Shown: positions 1 to 12,019 of the stretch, piece by piece
Layout of the letters: every line of letters begins with the position of its first letter
How positions within the stretch are numbered: the first letter of the stretch is position 1
IMG/VR virus record: IMGVR_UViG_3300048861_000137
Location: 5,357 to 69,356 of that record
DNA length: 64,000 bases
Origin: a virus
Lineage: Duplodnaviria; Caudoviricetes
Reading direction: 5' to 3' (one strand)
Program-made: the position numbers and the translations under genes
The notes under the pieces: generated by a model
The model's database searches: none
The model's input: the letters and a program-made list of their open reading frames with translations, nothing else
What the model was told of the DNA's origin: nothing

Positions 1-77
1 TAATGGATAGCCATCCGAATCAAGTGGCGTTACGTGGTCGTCGTAGTCGTGACCGCATTTGCAGATTCCCATAGCGC

Positions 78-1301
78 TCATGCCCTCTTCCTCGCCATTT
101 CCACGACTCGGGCATTTGCGGCACGGGCTTTTGCCAGAGAACGCCTTCCGCCGTATCCAAGGGTAGTACGGATATCGGTGTGGCGCATCAGGGTCTTTTG
201 CATCTCGAGCGGGATCTCTTCCTCGCCCATCATTGCTCTGTAGGTGTGGCGGAAGTCATGCCATCCGAGACTCTTGATACCAAGTTTGGCCCCTGCCGGT
301 ATGAGGTGATCTTGCTGCATGGTCCCACCCCAGTACGGCCGCTCGGTAATGAGGTTCCCGAAGACCCATCCCTCGACGATCTCGTAGTCGCCTTCGTCGG
401 CCTCACACTCCGCCTTCCATGCTGAGAGGACCACGGCCAGGTCTTCGTGCATCGGGAGGACGGCTTCGGATTCCTCTGTCTTCGTATCGTCGACATCCTT
501 CCCAACCACAGATGTTTTGACCGTGATCGTTCCTTCGTCGAAGTCGATTTGCTCCCAGGAGAGCCCGAGGATCTCGCTGATCCGTAGACCGAGAAGCATG
601 GCGACCTGGATCATGACTCGGACATGCTGGGGAAGATCCGGATCGGCAATGATGCTCTGGTACTGTTCGCCGGTTAGATAGGTGTGGATCCGGACGGCTT
701 TCTTTCGGCCGCGGACATCGATCAGCTTTGCCGGGTTCTCCGTGAAGGGCGCCATCTGCCATTTCATGGCGTACTTGTAGAGAAGGTGGATGAACGCCTT
801 CAGGTGCAGCTTCGTCTTTTTGCTGACGTCGCGAGCCGGCTTGCCCGGCGTGACTACAGCAGGGACGAGCTTACCCTTTGCCATATACGCAGGTTTGATT
901 TTCTCTGGTACCGGCAGGCGCTGGTAATCATTGATCCAATCCTCGACGGTGGTAACCTCGCGAATCATGTCGCTCACGAGCCATCCGTCGAATTCCATCC
1001 TGACACGCTTCAAGAATGACTTGTAGGTGGTTTGGCAGCGAGGACGGACGTCCTTCATGCCTTCTTCGAGAAACCTCTTACAAAGCGCTGAGACCTTGTA
1101 TCCGGCCCTGAGCTCGTTGATCTCTTCCCTCTTTTTCGCCACTGCCTTTTCGGCTGCAGCCTTTGTCTTGTATTTCTCGACCGTGCCGATGATCTCTGAT
1201 TTATGAACGTCGCCATCCATAAATCGAAAGACCCATACGTCAGGGCCACGTTTTCGTTTCTTGGGAACGACACTGCCGTTCTGGTAGCTCGCACGTTTCA
1301 T
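78..1301 (-). CDS. int: Tyrosine recombinase (phage integrase)
   Basis: Catalytic motifs GLRISE (R), HDFRHT (HxxR), LMRH and TTLGY (Y); N-terminal arm-binding-like segment (GSV..RKRGPDVWVFRF). Confidence 0.95.
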   Translation of the reverse strand: MKRASYQNGSVVPKKRKRGPDVWVFRFMDGDVHKSEIIGTVEKYKTKAAAEKAVAKKREEINELRAGYKVSALCKRFLEEGMKDVRPRCQTTYKSFLKRVRMEFDGWLVSDMIREVTTVEDWINDYQRLPVPEKIKPAYMAKGKLVPAVVTPGKPARDVSKKTKLHLKAFIHLLYKYAMKWQMAPFTENPAKLIDVRGRKKAVRIHTYLTGEQYQSIIADPDLPQHVRVMIQVAMLLGLRISEILGLSWEQIDFDEGTITVKTSVVGKDVDDTKTEESEAVLPMHEDLAVVLSAWKAECEADEGDYEIVEGWVFGNLITERPYWGGTMQQDHLIPAGAKLGIKSLGWHDFRHTYRAMMGEEEIPLEMQKTLMRHTDIRTTLGYGGRRSLAKARAANARVVEMARKRA

Positions 1302-1344
1302 GCGACGGGTTCTCCTTCGGTTGTATTGGGGAGGTAAAACTAGT

Positions 1345-1563
1345 CTATTGCTCCTGATGGGTCAGCATGGCGGCATCGACGACGGATAATTTGAAGCGCC
1401 AGAAGGTCTTCTTTCCACTTTTGCGGGGGAAACCGGGTATCTTCCCTTCCTGGACCATCTGTCGGGTTGCCATGTAACTGAACCCGATGTGTTCGGCGAC
1501 AGCATTGAGGTCTACCCAGGGTTCGGGGTTTCCGGGGACTGGTATAGGGCGTAACTTCTTCAT
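1345..1563 (-). CDS. xis: Excisionase-like winged-HTH protein
   Basis: 72 aa directly upstream of int; WVDLNAVAEHIGFS...VQEGKIPG...WRFK is a MerR/Xis-type HTH pattern. Confidence 0.75.
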   Translation of the reverse strand: MKKLRPIPVPGNPEPWVDLNAVAEHIGFSYMATRQMVQEGKIPGFPRKSGKKTFWRFKLSVVDAAMLTHQEQ

Positions 1564-1620
1564 TGCAATACTCCAGAGCGAAGGCCCGGGGGAGCCTGCG
1601 GAGGACTTCCCCCGGTCGCT

Positions 1621-2334
1621 TTAGGCTTGGTGCTGCTCCCCCGCTGGGGTGGTTGGCTGTTCAGTGTCGGTGGTTGGTTTGGTCGGCTCGTGAGTTGGAA
1701 CCGGTGGAGGAGGGGGCGGCGCTACTGGTTCTGGTTCGGGTCCTCTCGGCTGAGAGGAGGGCGCCGGAGGTCCATCGATAACGAGGTCGATGTACTCCTT
1801 TGCCTTGTCCACGCTCTCCGCGATCGCGATGAGTGTGCCGTGTTCCTTGACTGGGAATCCTGCATTCTCATGCACGATCTCGTACCCGCGGTACTCCTCC
1901 GTGACCGGCGGTTCAACCGGCTCAACCGGTGCAGCTGGAAGTTCTGGAGTTCTGACAGGCATCTCGACGGATGATGTCTGAACGTTGACTGGGGGAAAGA
2001 TCAGGTCGACGTCGAGATCGAGGACATCGATCACTTCCTCGGCCGGCGGAAGGGTGTCCGTCCAGCAAAGGCTCACCAGCCCATTCTTCACATCAGGGTG
2101 ACTGGCATGATGAACTCCCGCGTGACGGTTGAACTGTTGATGCCAGTCAACCTTGCCGAGAGCCGCAAGCGAAGGATCGTCCATGAATACGATCGACAGA
2201 TCTGGCGGTGCCTGATCTTGTGTCGGCGCCACGGTCAAGACGGTTGCGAAGAGGGCGCGCGCCTTGCCTCCGCCGATGCGGGATACTGCTCGCACGGTGG
2301 ATCCGGGCACAGGAACTAGATTGTTCTCTGACAT
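1621..2334 (-). CDS. Hypothetical protein, Pro-rich C-terminus
   Basis: 237-aa ORF with AGGAG RBS, co-oriented in the leftward operon. Confidence 0.7.
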   Translation of the reverse strand: MSENNLVPVPGSTVRAVSRIGGGKARALFATVLTVAPTQDQAPPDLSIVFMDDPSLAALGKVDWHQQFNRHAGVHHASHPDVKNGLVSLCWTDTLPPAEEVIDVLDLDVDLIFPPVNVQTSSVEMPVRTPELPAAPVEPVEPPVTEEYRGYEIVHENAGFPVKEHGTLIAIAESVDKAKEYIDLVIDGPPAPSSQPRGPEPEPVAPPPPPPVPTHEPTKPTTDTEQPTTPAGEQHQA

Positions 2335-2391
2335 AGTGATTCTCCTGTTGGTTGGGTGAATCCCGGATGAATCACCGGGGCAGATAAAGTT

Positions 2392-3822
2392 TTAGATGCC
2401 TTCATACGCCTCCCATGCGGGCGGTCGGTCGTAGTAGGAATCGTGAGAACTAAATGAACTTTGCTTGGCTGGAGGAGGTTCGGTGTCATCCTCCCAGCGC
2501 ATAATTCGCCCCTGATACAGGCAGTTCAATGTCTTGGTTTCGCCTTCACGCTGCTTGGCAATAATCATCTGGCCAATGCCATGCAGGCTCGGGTCGGACT
2601 TGTCGTAATACTCCGGCCGATGGAGGAGGCAGACTAGATCGGCATCTTCTTCGATGTCGCCTGATTCCTTCAAATCTGACAGCGTGGGAATGGCATCTTT
2701 GCGATCGCCTGTTTTGCGGGACAGCTGATTGAAGACGACGACAGGGATGCCGAGCTCCTGAGCCATAAGCTTCAGCGCCTCCGTCTGGGCGCCGACGATC
2801 TCACGAGGCTGCATGCCTTTCCTGTAAACGTCGGTTCCTTTGATCTTGGAGAGTTGATCGATGAACGCGATGTCCAATCCGTGGCGAGCTTTGAGTTGCA
2901 TGCAGCGGGCTTTGATCCGGGACACCGTGAGTCCTGGGGTGTCGTCAAAATAGAGCGGAGCCTGGCGCAGTATCTCCCTATGCTCCAGAAGGACGCGACG
3001 GTCTTGCAGGCGCAGAGTGTTACGGCGGATATCTTTGTAATCGATACATGCGCTGGCGGAGAGCATGCGCCGAATCATGGCTTCCTTAGGCTGCTCCAGC
3101 GGGAAGAACGCGGTTACCTTCTTTCGGACCACTGAGGTACTTCGAGCTGCGTTACAGGCCCATGCTGTCTTTCCCATGGAGGGGCGGGCGGCTACGACAA
3201 CGAGCTCTCCCGGGTGGACTCCTCCATCGGTTACCTCATCGAACTGATTCCATCCGAGTGGCACTCCATTCTTGGAAGCCATGTTCTCGAACATCTCTTC
3301 CGCAGAGCCCTGCCGGTCGAACACATCGGAGACGTGGATCATCTGAGAGGTGTCATTGTCCAGAGCGATAGTGCGCAAATCTTCGATCGCGCGCTCTAGA
3401 ACCTCCCCGGATTCCATCCCCTGATCGACTGCCTGATTGAACACGTTCTGAGCTGTGAGAGCGGTTCTTCTGAGCTGAGCTTTATCGCGGACAATCCTGA
3501 CATAGCTTTCAATGCTCAGCCTTCGCGGAAGTCCCTCGCTAAGCGCTGCTATATAAGGAACGCCGCCGATAGCATCCAGTTCTTTATGCTTTCGTAAATC
3601 CTCAGAGACGGTGACGATGTCGACCGCCATACCGGATTCTGCAAGTCTCAGAATTGCTGAATAGATACGCCGGTGCGAATCCAGGACAAAGTCATCCGTG
3701 GTCAGGACCAAGGTAGCGTCGGGGATAACCAGCGAATCAACGAGCATAGCTCCCAAGATCGTCATCTCAGCGTGACGCGATTCGGGAAGTCCCTGCTCCA
3801 TCAGTTTTCTTTCATCCATCAT
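2392..3822 (-). CDS. dnaB: Replicative DNA helicase DnaB
   Basis: N-terminal LPESRHAEMTILGAML domain; Walker A AARPSMGKT; FIDQL; FNQLSR; DLKESGDIEEDAD. Confidence 0.95.
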   Translation of the reverse strand: MMDERKLMEQGLPESRHAEMTILGAMLVDSLVIPDATLVLTTDDFVLDSHRRIYSAILRLAESGMAVDIVTVSEDLRKHKELDAIGGVPYIAALSEGLPRRLSIESYVRIVRDKAQLRRTALTAQNVFNQAVDQGMESGEVLERAIEDLRTIALDNDTSQMIHVSDVFDRQGSAEEMFENMASKNGVPLGWNQFDEVTDGGVHPGELVVVAARPSMGKTAWACNAARSTSVVRKKVTAFFPLEQPKEAMIRRMLSASACIDYKDIRRNTLRLQDRRVLLEHREILRQAPLYFDDTPGLTVSRIKARCMQLKARHGLDIAFIDQLSKIKGTDVYRKGMQPREIVGAQTEALKLMAQELGIPVVVFNQLSRKTGDRKDAIPTLSDLKESGDIEEDADLVCLLHRPEYYDKSDPSLHGIGQMIIAKQREGETKTLNCLYQGRIMRWEDDTEPPPAKQSSFSSHDSYYDRPPAWEAYEGI

Positions 3823-3840
3823 GTCTTTTGACTTATCCCG

Positions 3841-3877
3841 TAAAAGGTAAAGAGCGGCGGGCCCTACACCCGCCGCT
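3841..3877 (-). terminator. Probable intrinsic terminator or hairpin after groEL
   Basis: 9-bp stem AGCGGCGGG/CCCGCCGCT followed on the minus strand by CTTTACCTTTT. Confidence 0.55.
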
Positions 3878-3882
3878 GCAGG

Positions 3883-5842
<1,960 letters not shown>

Positions 5843-5886
5843 TGATAAACCTCAAGGTGAAGCGGGGATCGCTCCCCGCCGTGGGG

Positions 5887-6174
5887 TTAGTTGATGACGT
5901 AGGGAACGATTTGCCAGTCTTCCGCCAGAAGATCGGTTTGCGAAGCGACCCAAGGGACTACAGAACCGTCAGCGGCTTTCATGTCGATGTGCGCGCGGTA
6001 GTCGATCTGGGTGCCTTCGGGGTAGATACCGAGAAGAGGGGCACGGTTTACTTGGAAGTTGCTGGCGGGAACGAGAAAGACGAACATACCTTTGCCGTTC
6101 CATCCTTCACGCTGTAATTTCTCGCCACTCTTGATGTGATCGAGTGCGGCGCTGAAGCTTAGACCTTGGTCCAT
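5887..6174 (-). CDS. DUF2829 / Tad2-like protein (candidate anti-Thoeris signal sponge)
   Basis: LSFSAALDHIKSGEKLQREGWNGKGMFVFL...VPWVASQTDLLAEDW is the DUF2829 signature. Confidence 0.85.
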   Translation of the reverse strand: MDQGLSFSAALDHIKSGEKLQREGWNGKGMFVFLVPASNFQVNRAPLLGIYPEGTQIDYRAHIDMKAADGSVVPWVASQTDLLAEDWQIVPYVIN

Positions 6175-6218
6175 GAGAGGACCTCCTACGATTGGTTGAG
6201 TGCTGCGCGGCTAGGCCG

Positions 6219-6902
6219 TTAGTTGGGTTTACTTTTGGTGAAGGAGATGGGACCACGCGCAGCCGGAGTGGCTTTGGCGGCGTTCTCCTTGGCTGCGCGA
6301 GCGATGCGTTCGGCTCGGGCGCTCTGAGATTCAGAGACGCCGGCTTCGCTCTTCGCGTCCTCTTCATCCTCGTCGTCCTCGTCATCGTCGATGAGGTCCT
6401 CTTCCTCGTCGTCGTCATCCGCTGCGCTCTGCGGATTCAGAGTGAGGGTATCTCCTGGCTCCGGCGTGACACCTTCAAATGTTGCAGTGAACTCTTCGCC
6501 AGCCATCTGACCGCACCAGCGATTGAGGTCTGTAGAGAACTGAGCGTAGGCAATGAAGCTGACAAGCGTATCGGGATCCTCGCTGTCGCCGGCGGAGAAG
6601 ACGACGAGTTTCCTAATCGTTGCGCTTGGAGCCTCGACCGGCTTCTTTTTGAAGAGATTCGGATCTCCCATGGTGATGCTGATTCCATGTATGACAAGCT
6701 TCTCTGTGACGGTCTGCTTCGTCTTCATCACGAAGTCGCGGGCATCCATCATCCATTCCGGAAGACCTTTGACTTCGCCACTGGTGAGGTCAAGAGTGAA
6801 AGCCATCCGGATGCGTTTGGCTTTGGTGGGAGCTTTCCCCACCAAAACGGTGTAGGTTTTGAGTGCTACGGTTTGAGGATGATCTTTATCAAACCAGATC
6901 AT
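6219..6902 (-). CDS. Hypothetical protein with acidic D/E tract
   Basis: Start re-chosen at ATG 6902 (MIWFDKD...) because the longer ORF overlaps a better gene; 227 aa. Confidence 0.65.
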   Translation of the reverse strand: MIWFDKDHPQTVALKTYTVLVGKAPTKAKRIRMAFTLDLTSGEVKGLPEWMMDARDFVMKTKQTVTEKLVIHGISITMGDPNLFKKKPVEAPSATIRKLVVFSAGDSEDPDTLVSFIAYAQFSTDLNRWCGQMAGEEFTATFEGVTPEPGDTLTLNPQSAADDDDEEEDLIDDDEDDEDEEDAKSEAGVSESQSARAERIARAAKENAAKATPAARGPISFTKSKPN

Positions 6903-6940
6903 GATTGTTCCTAGTGTGCGGAGATGGTTACAGCCAGCCG

Positions 6941-7288
6941 TTACTTCTTCGGCTCGGGTTGTGCGGGTTGGGCTGGCTGTGGAGGAGCCTGCGGAACTGG
7001 CGGGGCGGGCGGAGTATCGACCAGAGCGCCTATACGATCGTCCCAATGCTTGCCGGGATGCAGAGCTTCTATCTCTTTGATCGCGTTCTGGCGGTCTGAG
7101 AGGATCGGATTCGCCTGGCACTGAACGACGTTCATGCGAGCCGTGTAGAGAGCAAGCTTCGCCTCGGCGAGTGCCTCTGTCATTTGCTTTATCTCAGCCT
7201 TTGCCTCATCGAGATTCTTGGGTTCCTTTGCAGTTTGCGCCAGCGCTGGTGAGGCGACCAGGACGGCGAGTATGAAGAGTCGTTTCAT
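6941..7288 (-). CDS. Small secreted coiled-coil protein
   Basis: Signal peptide MKRLFILAVLVASPALA|Q; Pro-rich tail. Confidence 0.7.
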   Translation of the reverse strand: MKRLFILAVLVASPALAQTAKEPKNLDEAKAEIKQMTEALAEAKLALYTARMNVVQCQANPILSDRQNAIKEIEALHPGKHWDDRIGALVDTPPAPPVPQAPPQPAQPAQPEPKK

Positions 7289-7299
7289 TCGAAACCTTT

Positions 7300-7866
7300 T
7301 CACCAATCCTCTTTGAGAGCGAGAGGCATGGTGCTTGGTATTGTTTCCTGCTCGGCCGCAGCCTGGGGTTCATTATTGCCGGGATAACGGAGACGCATCG
7401 TAACGCCGTGCGTCCGAAGACAAAGAACAATGTTTTTGCGGTCCTCAGCGTCGGTCCAATCCTCGATGGCGCGCATCAGTCCGATGAAGAAGTCGTAGCT
7501 GAGATGACCCTTGATGTTGTTGCAGTCGGCACAGACTGCCTTCAGATTCTGTAAGCGGTGTGCGGCAATTCCAATACGCGAAATCGGTTCGATGTGATCC
7601 CACACAAAACTGCGGAGGTCGATTGGTGTTGCTGGCTTGCCAATTTCTTCGCAATAGGGGCAAAGCTTTAATCCGGTTCCCACCTGTTCCAACGCAAGCT
7701 TCCAGAGCTGATCCTTCGTAAACGGAAGTTGTTCGATACCTGGAACACGGACATGTCCTTTCCTCCGGCCACTCTTCCACAGCCGTGGCCTGGCTCTCTT
7801 TCGCATATCGTCATACTGCTTGTTGCATCGCTCGCGAAGAGCCTTTTCGTTGAGAAGCATCACCAT
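7300..7866 (-). CDS. HNH endonuclease-family protein
   Basis: CPYC...DHIEPIS...NLKAVCADCNNIKG. Confidence 0.85.
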   Translation of the reverse strand: MVMLLNEKALRERCNKQYDDMRKRARPRLWKSGRRKGHVRVPGIEQLPFTKDQLWKLALEQVGTGLKLCPYCEEIGKPATPIDLRSFVWDHIEPISRIGIAAHRLQNLKAVCADCNNIKGHLSYDFFIGLMRAIEDWTDAEDRKNIVLCLRTHGVTMRLRYPGNNEPQAAAEQETIPSTMPLALKEDW

Positions 7867-7925
7867 GCCGAAATTCCCTAGCGTGGGCTGGATGAGGCTC
7901 GGAGAGGACTCCGCATGGTTACAAA

Positions 7926-9647
7926 CTATTGAATGGCTTCAGCAAAGTCGCGCGTAATGGAAAGCGTCCTGCTTCCTTCTATAAGGCCAAGCGTTCGAAG
8001 GCTACTGAGGGCATTATTGAAGCCTCCGCCGGAAGCTGCGTATCCGGTCATCTCACCGAGCTTATCCTTGTCGACCGTCTTACCGGAGGCGAGTGCCTGG
8101 AGAATGAGGCCTTCGGCCTTCGAGAGCCTGCCCACCCACATCTGCAGGAGAGCACCGCCGCGTTGAAGCTTTTGAACAGTTCCCAGAGCAGATCTTCCGT
8201 CGGCCGTGATCTCCAGAAGATCAGATCCGGAGAGCCATCCCTTCGTACGGCAGGAGCTCAAAGAGTTGTTGAAGCCGCCTCCATTCATGGAGTATCCAGC
8301 AATCGCGGCTGTCTTTGCCTTAGAGCATCTGCCATGCTGCGCTAGGACTGAGAGGATGGAGCGTTCCGCCTTGGCCATCGCCTGGCCACCGGAAATGCTC
8401 GGAGAAGGGGCGGAAGACAACTCGCGTCTGGTAGCAATGGAGGGCTCTACCGTTTGAACCGGCTTCCATTCCTCCATCTTCATTTCTACGGAGGTATCGT
8501 TGTAACCAACGGTGTCATTGAAGCGGTCACGGAGTTGCGTAAACGCAGTGCTGACCTTTGCGAGTTCCGCGCCAACGAGCATCATGCCTGTATACAGATT
8601 TTGATGTTTCTCTCTAATCGGGCGCAACTCTGCGAGCTCTGCTTCCATGCGCTGTACGTCTTCTAGCACTCCCATGTCGACCTTGCCTCCCTTGGCGGTC
8701 TCATTTTCAAGATCTGCAATACGTTGCTTCAAATACTCCGGCGAGTCCTCTTTTGCCTTCTGTACGGAAGCCGCAATGTCTGACCCGAGTTTCTGGATAT
8801 CAATGGATGCCATCACCTTCGGCTCAGCCTTTCGCTCGCCAGGCTTGGGTGTGGCGCCCGAGTTGAAGGTCTTGCGCTTGCGAACTTCGACCCGCTGCGC
8901 CAGATTGAGCGGAGCTGATGCGAAGAAGGCTGTACCGACAGGGAGCCTCGGCAACTCCTCTTTGACGGAGATCGCGAATTCTTTGGTCGTCTCGCTCTGT
9001 AGCCACTCGAAAACAGGCTTCACATCATGTGGTGCGCTCATCCGGAGGATGGTAAGGATGTCGACCTGGGAAAGGATGTCCCAATTGATAGAGGCCGAGC
9101 GTTGGGTGATCATCGTAAAGCCAACGCCGCGGATGCCTCCCTGCTTTACCAGACGAGTCACCGTTCCGAGACACTTGTTGGAGAGGACGCTGTAGGTTCG
9201 CTGGGGCGCGAAAGTGTCCGCCTCATCTACGAAGAGGTGGAGCGCGTTCCGGTTGATCCGGAGGAGCTCAGCACAGAAATCGTTCACGAAGTGAAGCTGC
9301 TCCTCCGTGTGGAAGTTACCGACGTCGAAAATGGCTGAGAAGCTATGCTCCACGATGGCGGCGGCCATGGCCTTACCGGAGCGATAGTCGAGAGGAGCAT
9401 CAGCATGGTCGCCACCGAAGACCACGATTGAGAACCCGGATTCCTTGCCGTCAGCGGAAGACCGTAAGCCCCACCATGCGGACGTGGGATCAATGACGAT
9501 AACCTGCTGGCCATGGGAGAGCATCTCCTCCGCCTGGACGCTGGCTGTGTAGCTCTTGCCGCTACGCTTGCGCGCAAGGATCGCCTGCGTCGAAGTAACT
9601 AGCTCAAGCGGAAGAGAAAAACCTTTGCCGATCTTCAGTTCTTCCAT
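7926..9647 (-). CDS. HerA/FtsK-superfamily (DUF87-like) ATPase with C-terminal tandem winged-helix repeats
   Basis: ARKRSGKS (Walker A), VIVIDPT, LFVDEAD (Walker B), TMITQR; two C-terminal repeats AGYS/GYA..GGGFNN.LS. Confidence 0.8.
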   Translation of the reverse strand: MEELKIGKGFSLPLELVTSTQAILARKRSGKSYTASVQAEEMLSHGQQVIVIDPTSAWWGLRSSADGKESGFSIVVFGGDHADAPLDYRSGKAMAAAIVEHSFSAIFDVGNFHTEEQLHFVNDFCAELLRINRNALHLFVDEADTFAPQRTYSVLSNKCLGTVTRLVKQGGIRGVGFTMITQRSASINWDILSQVDILTILRMSAPHDVKPVFEWLQSETTKEFAISVKEELPRLPVGTAFFASAPLNLAQRVEVRKRKTFNSGATPKPGERKAEPKVMASIDIQKLGSDIAASVQKAKEDSPEYLKQRIADLENETAKGGKVDMGVLEDVQRMEAELAELRPIREKHQNLYTGMMLVGAELAKVSTAFTQLRDRFNDTVGYNDTSVEMKMEEWKPVQTVEPSIATRRELSSAPSPSISGGQAMAKAERSILSVLAQHGRCSKAKTAAIAGYSMNGGGFNNSLSSCRTKGWLSGSDLLEITADGRSALGTVQKLQRGGALLQMWVGRLSKAEGLILQALASGKTVDKDKLGEMTGYAASGGGFNNALSSLRTLGLIEGSRTLSITRDFAEAIQ

Positions 9648-10057
9648 ATCTTCCCTTCCGAGAACGGCATCTCAGCCAGATCACGAACCGTGACCTTTTC
9701 GATTTCGGGCTGCGCAGGCTTATTTTCTGGTTTTATCTGCTGGACGATAGCGTCACGCATCGATGTGCTCTTCAGGAGGTAATCGAGGAACTCGGTCAAG
9801 CGCTCCTTGTCTAGCCCCATGACGAGAAATCGGGCGAGAAAGGCCAGGGCATGAGACTGGCAGCCGTAGCTCATGGTGGTTGCAAGAGCGTCGGGCTCCG
9901 TGGATGTCCCCGTCGGAGGGCAGGAGGCGCTGGCTACAATCATCAGGCTATGGAGGCCGTAGCGCTTCGCTAGGTCCTCTATTTCCTCACGGATGGCCAG
10001 GAATCGCTGGTCCAGCTCTTCAGGGGTGAATACAGGGGTCCGAAGATGTTCCGCCAT
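9635..10057 (-). CDS. Hypothetical protein
   Basis: 140-aa ORF abutting its neighbours in the operon. Confidence 0.6.
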   Translation of the reverse strand: MAEHLRTPVFTPEELDQRFLAIREEIEDLAKRYGLHSLMIVASASCPPTGTSTEPDALATTMSYGCQSHALAFLARFLVMGLDKERLTEFLDYLLKSTSMRDAIVQQIKPENKPAQPEIEKVTVRDLAEMPFSEGKIWKN

Positions 10058-11971
10058 TTAGGCCACCAGCTTTCTAACCTGCGTTGTGGGAATGGTACCG
10101 GCTTCAGCGGCATTGTCGAGACGGTAGAAGACCGCTCCTGGAACGCTGGGAACCTCGGTGCGCTCGTCGGTCGACATAATGATTGCCTGATCGAGGACAC
10201 CAGAGAACAGCGCATCAAAAAGACCCTGCCTGCCGTTGGCGTCGAAGATGTCCGCCTCGTCGACGATGACAAACTTGAAGCCACTGATGACTGCTAGCGC
10301 AACCTGGAAGGCGGCGGCGAAGCGGTAGCGCTGGGACTTCGACAGATGCTGGAGCGCAATCGGTACCGGCATACCCTTGCCGTCGCGGAACATGATCGCA
10401 AACGTGTATGGCTCGATCGAGAGCTGGCAGGTATAACCCCAGTGCGAAAGAACATCATTCATCTGGTCCGTGAAAGCTCCAATGCTGTTGGAGAGTAGTT
10501 CGGCCTTGACTCCCTCGGGGCCAAAGTACTCGATCAGGCGCTCCACCTGCTTATGAGCCTCCTGAAGCTGCGCCTTCTCGGCTGCAGCCCTTTTGCGGCC
10601 GTTGAAGATTTCCCGAGCAGATCTTAGCTTCTCAACCTCGGAGGATCCGGCAGCGACGCGAGCGGCCAGGTCTTGGATCTCGGCGTCCACTTCGGAGAAG
10701 TCGTGGGTCGGTTTGGAGCGGAGCCCGTCGATCTGATCTTCGGCATCCTTCAGGACTACGTTGTCGTCCTTGATGCGCTGGCGGGCGCGGGCAAGATCGC
10801 TCTCGGCCTGGCGGTGAGCCTCGAGCCTTCTAACCGCATCTGCAGGATTGCCGAGGGCCTTTCTTTCATCGATTGCCTGATACTGGCGCTCCGTTAGTTT
10901 GTTGATCTCGTCGGCAAGCGGTCCGAGAATGGTCGCAAGCATTTCCTCAGTTATCGGAGTTGAGCAAGTCGGGCACTGTGGCTGTTTTGACAGCTTGATC
11001 ATGGCGTCTTTCGACTTATTCTTGATCTCCTTTTCGGCGTCAATACGTTGTAGTTCCGCGTCGAGTTGAGCAGCCCTAGACTCGCCCTTGGCTAGCTTCT
11101 CCTGTTCCTTGAGGGCTTGTTTCGAGAGAATGCTGCTCTCGATTGTGCCGATTTCGCGCTCCTCCCGAGCGATGCGAGTCCGGGCTTCCTCCGCGCGTGA
11201 TTGAGCCTGGGTGAGCATCTGCTGTTGGCTCTTTCCCTCGGACTCCATGCGGGTACGCTTATCGCGGGCTGCCTGAAGCTGGCTGCGGCGCTCTTCCAGC
11301 ATAGAAGAGAACTCCTCGAGGTTCTCGTGCCCCGTTGTGTCGCCCTCCGGCATGCGGAAGTTCTTGATGTCGCGATTGATGTTGGTCCGCTCTTTGTAAG
11401 CGGCATCGTAGGCAGCGTCGATCACCTCGAAGGGGGCGCGGGCCCAGTTAATCTTTAGGCCGAGGTCGTTGGCGTTGGCTATGATCTCGGGCGGGAAAGC
11501 ATACTGCTTCGGCAAGATGATGCTGGCTAGGACATTCTTCTGCTCGTCCTCCGTCAGGTCGACGAAGTAGCGATTGTTGATCAGGCAGGAGAGCAGGTTA
11601 CGGTTCAGATCGAGCCATTCCAGCCACTCCTGGCCGCCGGTGTACTGGGGATCATCGGGCTTGCTGACGATGACGGCGCGCTTGGTGCCGTTGAGCGCGC
11701 ACTTCAGGATGCGCTCGTCAGGATTGTCCGGACCCTGCTGGAGAGCCATGGTGATCATCGCCTTGGATTCGCCGGCACGGATGAGCCCGATGCTTCCCTT
11801 CCCGTCAGAGGTCGTGGAATCGGTACGGCTGGCTAGGACGATCTCGATTGCCTGTTCTATGGAGCTCTTGCCAGCGGCGTTGGTGCCACGGATGACGGTC
11901 AAACGATCTAATTCGAGCGTAGTGTCGACGTGGGAGCGGAAGTTCTGAAGCTGGATTTTGCGGATACGCAT
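10058..11971 (-). CDS. Rad50/SbcC-like SMC-family ATPase
   Basis: GTNAAGKSS Walker A, coiled coils, central CPTC zinc hook, LSKSQR signature, VIVDEAD Walker B. Confidence 0.9.
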   Translation of the reverse strand: MRIRKIQLQNFRSHVDTTLELDRLTVIRGTNAAGKSSIEQAIEIVLASRTDSTTSDGKGSIGLIRAGESKAMITMALQQGPDNPDERILKCALNGTKRAVIVSKPDDPQYTGGQEWLEWLDLNRNLLSCLINNRYFVDLTEDEQKNVLASIILPKQYAFPPEIIANANDLGLKINWARAPFEVIDAAYDAAYKERTNINRDIKNFRMPEGDTTGHENLEEFSSMLEERRSQLQAARDKRTRMESEGKSQQQMLTQAQSRAEEARTRIAREEREIGTIESSILSKQALKEQEKLAKGESRAAQLDAELQRIDAEKEIKNKSKDAMIKLSKQPQCPTCSTPITEEMLATILGPLADEINKLTERQYQAIDERKALGNPADAVRRLEAHRQAESDLARARQRIKDDNVVLKDAEDQIDGLRSKPTHDFSEVDAEIQDLAARVAAGSSEVEKLRSAREIFNGRKRAAAEKAQLQEAHKQVERLIEYFGPEGVKAELLSNSIGAFTDQMNDVLSHWGYTCQLSIEPYTFAIMFRDGKGMPVPIALQHLSKSQRYRFAAAFQVALAVISGFKFVIVDEADIFDANGRQGLFDALFSGVLDQAIIMSTDERTEVPSVPGAVFYRLDNAAEAGTIPTTQVRKLVA

Positions 11972-12019
11972 AGCTGAGTCTGCCTTTCTGACATTGGTGG
12001 TGAAATTTTCACCAGAGCT

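Noticed and set aside
1-77. Attachment site or tRNA target beside the integrase
   Set aside because: No tRNA-like sequence or second copy of a core repeat visible in the window; cannot be assigned.
6903-7121. N-terminal extension of the 300-aa ORF 6219-7121
   Set aside because: Overlaps the secreted-protein gene in another frame and reads as off-frame sequence; start moved to 6902.
7926-9647. HerA ATPase as a Sir2-HerA or other defence system
   Set aside because: No Sir2 or similar effector partner adjacent; it sits in the phage early operon.
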